Both the position numbers and the translations under genes were made by a program. The notes under the pieces are model-generated. The model ran no database searches. It saw nothing but the letters and a program-made list of their open reading frames with translations, and was not told the origin of the DNA. A stretch of 40,622 nucleotides of DNA from Actinomycetota bacterium (GTDB lineage Bacteria; Actinomycetota; Acidimicrobiia; IMCC26256; JACDBD01), in the NCBI GenBank assembly GCA_046727755.1, contig JBKPDG010000070.1, positions 1 through 40,622 on the forward strand, read 5' to 3'. Below, one piece after another: positions 35,554-40,622 of the stretch (within the stretch, counting starts at the first letter, position 1; each line of letters starts with the position of its first letter).

Positions 35554-36398
35554 CGACGACCGCGATCCAGCCAACCGCGGACGACACGCTGCGGACAGTG
35601 CTCGCCGCGGGCGCGGAGCAGAGTCAGCCAGGCCCCGCGTCGACGTCGCTCACGTTCGCGTGGCGAGCACTGTTGAAGCTGAAGCACGACCCGCAGCAGG
35701 TGTTCGACGCGCTCATGTTCCCGATCATGTTCACGTTGATGTTCACGTACCTGTTCGGCGGCGCGCTGGCGGGGTCGACGCGCGAGTACCTGCAGTTCTT
35801 CCTGCCGGGCGTGTTCGTGTTCACGGTCGTGATGCTGACCATGTACACCGGCGTTGGTCTCAACAACGACGTGTCGCAGGGCGTGTTCAACCGGTTTCGG
35901 TCGCTGCCGATCTGGCGACCCGCGGTGCTCGTCGGGTCGCTGCTCGGCGACGCCGTGCGTTACACGCTGGCGGCGACGATCGTGGTCGGGCTGGGCCTGG
36001 CGCTCGGCTTCCGTCCCGGTGGTGGAGCGATTGGCGTTGCGCTCTCGCTGGTGCTGGTCCTCGTGTTCGCGTTCAGCCTGTCGTGGGTGTTCACGGTGCT
36101 CGGCCTGATCGTGAAGTCGCCGGCCGCCGTGCAAGGCGTGAGCATGCCGGTGCTGTTCCCCTTCGTGTTCGCGAGCAACCTGTTCGTGGATCCCGACACG
36201 ATGCCGGGCTGGCTGCAGGCGGTCGTCGACGTCAACCCGTTCAGCCTGACCGTCAGCGCCGTCCGCGACCTGATGGACGGCACCGTCCCGGTCGGCCAGA
36301 TCGGATGGGTGCTGCTCTCGTGTGCGGCCCTCGTGGCCGTCTTTGGTCCACTCACGTTGCACCTGTACAGAAACAAGCAGGCGGCGGGCGCGTCCTGA
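35550..36398 (+). CDS. DrrB-like ABC-2 permease (copy 1)
   Basis: [42 protein letters not shown]; ATGA overlap. Confidence 0.92.
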   Translation: MTTTAIQPTADDTLRTVLAAGAEQSQPGPASTSLTFAWRALLKLKHDPQQVFDALMFPIMFTLMFTYLFGGALAGSTREYLQFFLPGVFVFTVVMLTMYTGVGLNNDVSQGVFNRFRSLPIWRPAVLVGSLLGDAVRYTLAATIVVGLGLALGFRPGGGAIGVALSLVLVLVFAFSLSWVFTVLGLIVKSPAAVQGVSMPVLFPFVFASNLFVDPDTMPGWLQAVVDVNPFSLTVSAVRDLMDGTVPVGQIGWVLLSCAALVAVFGPLTLHLYRNKQAAGAS

Positions 36399-36616
36399 GT
36401 CCCGAGCACGGCGCCTTGCGCCGCGTGTCTGGCGAGGCCCTCTGCGCACTGATCGAGGAAACGGCGGAGGCCCCGCTGGAGCGCCCAGCCCGTCCCCGGC
36501 ACCTTGGGCGCGAACGACGCCTGCCAGCGGATCGTCGTGCCGTCCCCGAGCAGCGCGAACACGGCGTCCGGAGTCGCCTGCGAGTGCGCGGTGACCTCGA
36601 TGTGGCGCCGTCGCGT
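36395..36616 (-). pseudogene. Decayed SRPBCC/polyketide-cyclase-like gene with internal deletion (limits approximate)
   Basis: RRRHIEVTAHSQATPDAVFALLGDG joined directly to TTIRWQASFAPKVPGTGWALQRGLRRF...LARHA; ACG where ATG is expected; no nearby stop. Confidence 0.55.
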
Positions 36617-36675
36617 GGCCCTTCTTGTACCAGAGGACGGGAATGGGCCGACGGGCCGGCCCGTTGCAGCGCGTC

Positions 36676-37329
36676 GTGGACTTGAGCCACGGCGTGGTCG
36701 TGTCCGTGAACGTCGGGCGGACACGCCCCGTCGAACGCGACGGAGAGCCCGCTACTACCGCGATCTGGAAGTCACCGGTCGCGGGCCGGGTGGCGGCGAA
36801 CGGAGTCAACCTCGAGGGGGACGAGCAGGCCGACCGGGACGTGCACGGCGGGTACGACAAGGCCGTGTACGCGTACGCGATCGAGGACACGCGTCGATGG
36901 GAGGCGGAGCTCGGCCGGAGCATCGGCCCCGGTGGCTTCGGCGAGAACCTGACCGTGGAGGGGCTCGACCTCCGTGCGTCGGTGATCGGGGAGCGCTGGA
37001 TCGCCGGCACCGCCGTGCTCGAGGTGAGCCAGCCCCGTCTCCCGTGCTGGAAGCTCGGCGTGCGCATGGCGGATCCGCGTTTCCCGCAGCGATTCACCCG
37101 CGCCGGACGGCCCGGGACCTACCTCCGCATCATCGAACCTGGCGACGTCGGCGCCGGCGACGACGTGCGGGTCACGTCACGTCCCGATCACGGTGTCACG
37201 ATCGCCGACGTGTGGCGCGTCTACCACCGCGACCGGCGTGACGCCGCCGTGTTGCTGCAGGTGCCGCAGCTCTCCGACTCCTGGCGCGAGTGGGCCGAAG
37301 GGCACGTCAGGAAGGTGGCCGAGGCGTGA
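36676..37329 (+). CDS. MOSC domain protein (YiiM-like); start uncertain
   Basis: TAIWKSPV, GDEQADRDVHGGYDKAVYAY, FGENLT, QPRLPCWKL, GTYLRIIEPG. Confidence 0.9.
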   Translation: MDLSHGVVVSVNVGRTRPVERDGEPATTAIWKSPVAGRVAANGVNLEGDEQADRDVHGGYDKAVYAYAIEDTRRWEAELGRSIGPGGFGENLTVEGLDLRASVIGERWIAGTAVLEVSQPRLPCWKLGVRMADPRFPQRFTRAGRPGTYLRIIEPGDVGAGDDVRVTSRPDHGVTIADVWRVYHRDRRDAAVLLQVPQLSDSWREWAEGHVRKVAEA

Positions 37330-37718
37330 CCGACCGGAAGAGCGCGTTCACCGAGCTCGAGTTGCGGTACCTCGCGGAGCGTCGGTTGGGGCGGCTCGCG
37401 ACCGTGGGTGAGGACGGCACGCCGCATGTCGCGCCCGTCGGATGGAGTTACAACGAGGAGGAAGCCGCGATCGAAATCGGGGGTCACGACTTCGCACGCA
37501 GCAAGAAGTACCGCGACGTCGCGCGCTCCGGCCGGGCCGCAATCGTCATCGACGACCTCGCCAGTATCGACCCGTGGCGGCCGCGGGGGATCGAGGTCCG
37601 CGGAGGTGCTGAGGCGCTCGACGGCCCACCCCGGATCCGGATCCACCCGCAGCGCGTCGTGTCCTGGGGGCTCGAGAGCGACGACCTCTTCGAGCGCAGC
37701 TCGCGCACTGTCGGCTGA
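37326..37718 (+). CDS. PPOX-class F420-dependent oxidoreductase
   Basis: FTELELRYL, LGRLATV..DGTPHVAPV, IGGH, IDDLASIDPWRPRGIEVRG, VSWG. Confidence 0.85.
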   Translation: MTDRKSAFTELELRYLAERRLGRLATVGEDGTPHVAPVGWSYNEEEAAIEIGGHDFARSKKYRDVARSGRAAIVIDDLASIDPWRPRGIEVRGGAEALDGPPRIRIHPQRVVSWGLESDDLFERSSRTVG

Positions 37719-37725
37719 GCAACCC

Positions 37726-38739
37726 CTACGACTCCTTGCGGGCGCGGCTGGGCGCGACGCGGGGCGGTTCGTCCGGCTGCTTCGGGTACACCGGCGGCCA
37801 GGGCGCGTCCATGAGGCCGTCGGCGCGGTCTCGCGCATACATCTCGAGCAGCGGCTCCAACGACTGGGGGTGATCATTCATGTCGGCCCACGGGTCGCCG
37901 TGTGCCTCGATACGCGCCGGGAGCGTCGAGATCGTCAGCTCGTCGGGATGGATCTCGTCGACGTCGTCCCAGCGCAGTGGTGTCGACACCTGCGCGCCGA
38001 CCCGGGCGCGCACTGACCATGCGCCGAACACAGTTTTGTGTGGGGCGTTCTGGTTGAAGTCGAGGAACACGCGCTCGCCCCGTTCCTCCTTCCACCACGC
38101 CGCTGTCATCACGTCCGGGTGGCGCCGTTCGAGCTCGCGGGCGGCGGCGACGGCCGCCCGCCGCACGTCGTAGGAGTCCCACCGAGGCTCGAGCCGGATG
38201 TAGACGTGCACGCCGCGGTTGCCGGTCGTCTTCGGGTAGCCAACGATCCCAAGCTCGTCGAGGAACGCCCGCACCTTGGCCGCGGCAGCACGCACGTCGG
38301 CGAAGTCATTGCCGGGTTGGGGGTCGAGGTCCAGCCGCAGCTCGTCGGCGTGCTCGGGATCATCGGCGTGGTAGGGCCACACGTGGAAACCGAGGCAACC
38401 GATGTTCACCGCCCACACGACGTGGGCGAGGTCGGCGATGACCAGCGCCCGCGAGGTCGTCCCGTTGGGCGTGCTGACGATCGTCGTCTGGAGCCAGTCG
38501 GGTGCGGACTTCGGGACCCGCTTCTGGAAGAAGTTCGACCCGCTGGCGCCTTCGGGGAAGCGCTGCATGAGCGTCGGCCGGCCGCCCATCGTGCGCATCA
38601 CCGGCTCGGCGAAGCGGAGATAGTGGTTGACGAGATCGAGCTTGGTCTCGCCGTGCTCCGAGAAGAAGACCTTGTCGGGGTGCGAGACGAGGAGCTCGTG
38701 TCCGTCGACCTCGATGGCCTTCTCGTCGGCCGCAGCCAC
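37726..38739 (-). CDS. Stand-alone LigD polymerase-domain (primase-polymerase) protein
   Basis: [52 protein letters not shown]; TACCGT 7 nt before GTG38739 (alternative start 38748). Confidence 0.9.
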   Translation of the reverse strand: MAAADEKAIEVDGHELLVSHPDKVFFSEHGETKLDLVNHYLRFAEPVMRTMGGRPTLMQRFPEGASGSNFFQKRVPKSAPDWLQTTIVSTPNGTTSRALVIADLAHVVWAVNIGCLGFHVWPYHADDPEHADELRLDLDPQPGNDFADVRAAAAKVRAFLDELGIVGYPKTTGNRGVHVYIRLEPRWDSYDVRRAAVAAARELERRHPDVMTAAWWKEERGERVFLDFNQNAPHKTVFGAWSVRARVGAQVSTPLRWDDVDEIHPDELTISTLPARIEAHGDPWADMNDHPQSLEPLLEMYARDRADGLMDAPWPPVYPKQPDEPPRVAPSRARKES

Positions 38740-38889
38740 GGCGTTCACGGTAGCGAAGACGCCTCTCGGGGTCCGGGCTCATCGGTGACCGGCGTCACAG
38801 TGGGAAGTTCACCTGGCCGCGATGAGTTGGCCACACGGATGCGGTCAGAATCCCCGGTACCGCAGTTCGCGTCGACGAGGAGGACGGCC

Positions 38890-39885
38890 TTGGAATCGCG
38901 CTCCCCCCTGGCTATCGAGGCTTCCGGTCTCGCGAAGGCGTTCGGCGAGACCCGCGCGGTCTGCGGCGTGGACCTCTCAGTCCCCACCGGCACCGTGTAC
39001 GGGTTCCTCGGGCCGAACGGGGCCGGCAAGACCACCACGATCCGGATGCTCGCCACGCTGATCGAGCCGGACGAGGGCACGGCCTACGTGCTCGGCCACG
39101 ACGTCGTCCGCGAGGCCGACGCCGTGCGCCGGCGTGTCAGCCTGACCGGGCAGTACGCCTCCATCGACGAGGAGCTGTCCGGGCGGGAGAATCTCGTGCT
39201 CCTCGGCCGGCTTCTCGGGTATTCGCACACGCAGGCCAAGGCCCGGGCCGACGAGTTGCTCGAGGTGTTCGACCTGGCCGAGGCGGCCGGCCGTCAGGTC
39301 GAGACGTACTCGGGAGGCATGCGGCGCAAGCTCGACATCGCCGGGAGCATCGTCGTCCCGCCCGACCTGATGTTCCTCGACGAGCCGACCACCGGCCTCG
39401 ACCCGCGGAGCCGGACCCAGTTGTGGGAGATCATCCGGGCGCTCGTCGCGCAGGGCACGACCGCGCTCCTTACGACCCAGTATCTCGACGAGGCCGATCA
39501 GCTCGCCAACCGGATCGCGGTCATCGACCGCGGCACCGTCATCGCCGAAGGCACGAGCGGGGAGCTCAAGGCCTCAGTCGGCGCGGGCGCACTACACGTG
39601 CGGGTGCGCGACCCGGAGAAGCGGCCCGAGGGGCAGCAGCTGCTGGCGCGGACACTGGGCGTCGAGGTGCACTGCGACTCCGACCCGGTCTCGCTGACGG
39701 CGTCCGTCTCGGACCCCGAGCGGGTGGCGCGGGCGCTGGCCGAGCTCGCACGAGCCGACGTCGGCGTGGCCGAGTTCGCACTCGGGCAGCCCAGCCTCGA
39801 CGAGGTGTTCTTCGCGCTCACCGGCCATCCCGCCGAGGAGCGCATGGAGCCGGAGAGCGAGAACGAAGAGGAGGACGCAGCATGA
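38890..39885 (+). CDS. DrrA-like ABC exporter ATP-binding subunit (copy 2)
   Basis: GAGGAGG RBS before TTG38890; [33 protein letters not shown]. Confidence 0.92.
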   Translation: MESRSPLAIEASGLAKAFGETRAVCGVDLSVPTGTVYGFLGPNGAGKTTTIRMLATLIEPDEGTAYVLGHDVVREADAVRRRVSLTGQYASIDEELSGRENLVLLGRLLGYSHTQAKARADELLEVFDLAEAAGRQVETYSGGMRRKLDIAGSIVVPPDLMFLDEPTTGLDPRSRTQLWEIIRALVAQGTTALLTTQYLDEADQLANRIAVIDRGTVIAEGTSGELKASVGAGALHVRVRDPEKRPEGQQLLARTLGVEVHCDSDPVSLTASVSDPERVARALAELARADVGVAEFALGQPSLDEVFFALTGHPAEERMEPESENEEEDAA

Positions 39886-40622
39886 CCGCGACCATGCACG
39901 CGGCGCTCACGCACCGCGAACGCCCCGCCCCTCCGGGCCCGCTCTCGGCGTCGCTCACATTCGGCTGGCGGGCGTTGCTCAAGATCAAGCACGTTCCGCA
40001 GCAGCTCTTCGACGTCACGATGTTCCCGATCATGTTCACGCTGCTGTTTACGTTCTTGTTCGGGAACGCGCTGGAGGGGTCGACGAGCGCGTACGCGGAG
40101 TTCGCCATCCCGGGCATCCTCGTCCAGACGGTGGCGTTCATCACGATGTATACCGGCGTCGCCCTGAACACCGACATCTCCAAGGGGATCTTCGACCGCT
40201 TCCGGTCGCTCCCCATCTGGCGCCAGTCGCTGCTCACGGGCGGTCTCATCGCCGACCTCGCCCGCTACGGGTTCGCGGCGATGGTGGTGTTCGTCCTGGG
40301 CGTCGCGCTCGGGTTCCGGCCCGACAACGTCATCGGCGTGCTGGCCGCGTTTGCCCTCATGCTGCTGTTCGCGCTCAGCCTCACCACGATCTGGATCATC
40401 TTCGGCATGATCCTTCGCACACCCGAAGCCGTCATGCAGGCGAGCATCTCGATCCTGTTCCCGCTGGTGTTCCTCACGAACATCTGGGTGTCCGAGACCA
40501 CCATGCCGGGCTGGCTCCAGGCCATCGTCAAGGTGAACCCCGTGACCAGGGTCGTGATCGCAGTGCGCGAGCTGATGGCGGGGACGGCGTCGGCTACGAA
40601 CATCGGGTGGGCGCTCCTGTCG
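39882..40622 (+). CDS. DrrB-like ABC-2 permease (copy 2; runs off the window end)
   Basis: ATGA overlap; [55 protein letters not shown]; no stop before the end. Confidence 0.9.
   Translation, partial: MTATMHAALTHRERPAPPGPLSASLTFGWRALLKIKHVPQQLFDVTMFPIMFTLLFTFLFGNALEGSTSAYAEFAIPGILVQTVAFITMYTGVALNTDISKGIFDRFRSLPIWRQSLLTGGLIADLARYGFAAMVVFVLGVALGFRPDNVIGVLAAFALMLLFALSLTTIWIIFGMILRTPEAVMQASISILFPLVFLTNIWVSETTMPGWLQAIVKVNPVTRVVIAVRELMAGTASATNIGWALLS

Overview
High-GC actinobacterial chromosomal window; gene style and content suggest Acidimicrobiia or a relative (inference). About 44 CDS. Left to right: a zinc-ribbon/RNase HI/membrane protein/His-phosphatase operon; bioB; a DUF429-DUF488-2TM cyclase operon; a flavin amine oxidase; an SDR/amidohydrolase pair with a divergent Cys/His-rich unknown; an orphan 3' half of a tRNA-Leu (att-like scar) followed by a loosely packed patch (TMEM175, MFS, frameshifted hydrolase); a divergent acyl-CoA catabolic cluster (CoA ligase-ACAD fusion, twin His/His crotonases, double hot-dog hydratase, candidate GntR operator); a desaturase and membrane proteins; a secreted LVIVD protein; a SHOCT protein; a Cu amine oxidase; an FtsX-type ABC exporter with a NarL-type two-component system; and an AlkZ-like glycosylase, ArsR-SRPBCC-drrAB, MOSC, F420 PPOX, LigD-type polymerase and a second drrAB. 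Best leads: a shared TACG-N8-CGTA motif upstream of three minus-strand units (candidate TCS regulon), the acyl-CoA cluster, a possible genotoxin-resistance module, and widespread leaderless promoters. No CRISPR, rRNA, intact tRNA, integrase or transposase was seen. All family calls are motif recognition by eye, not database results.
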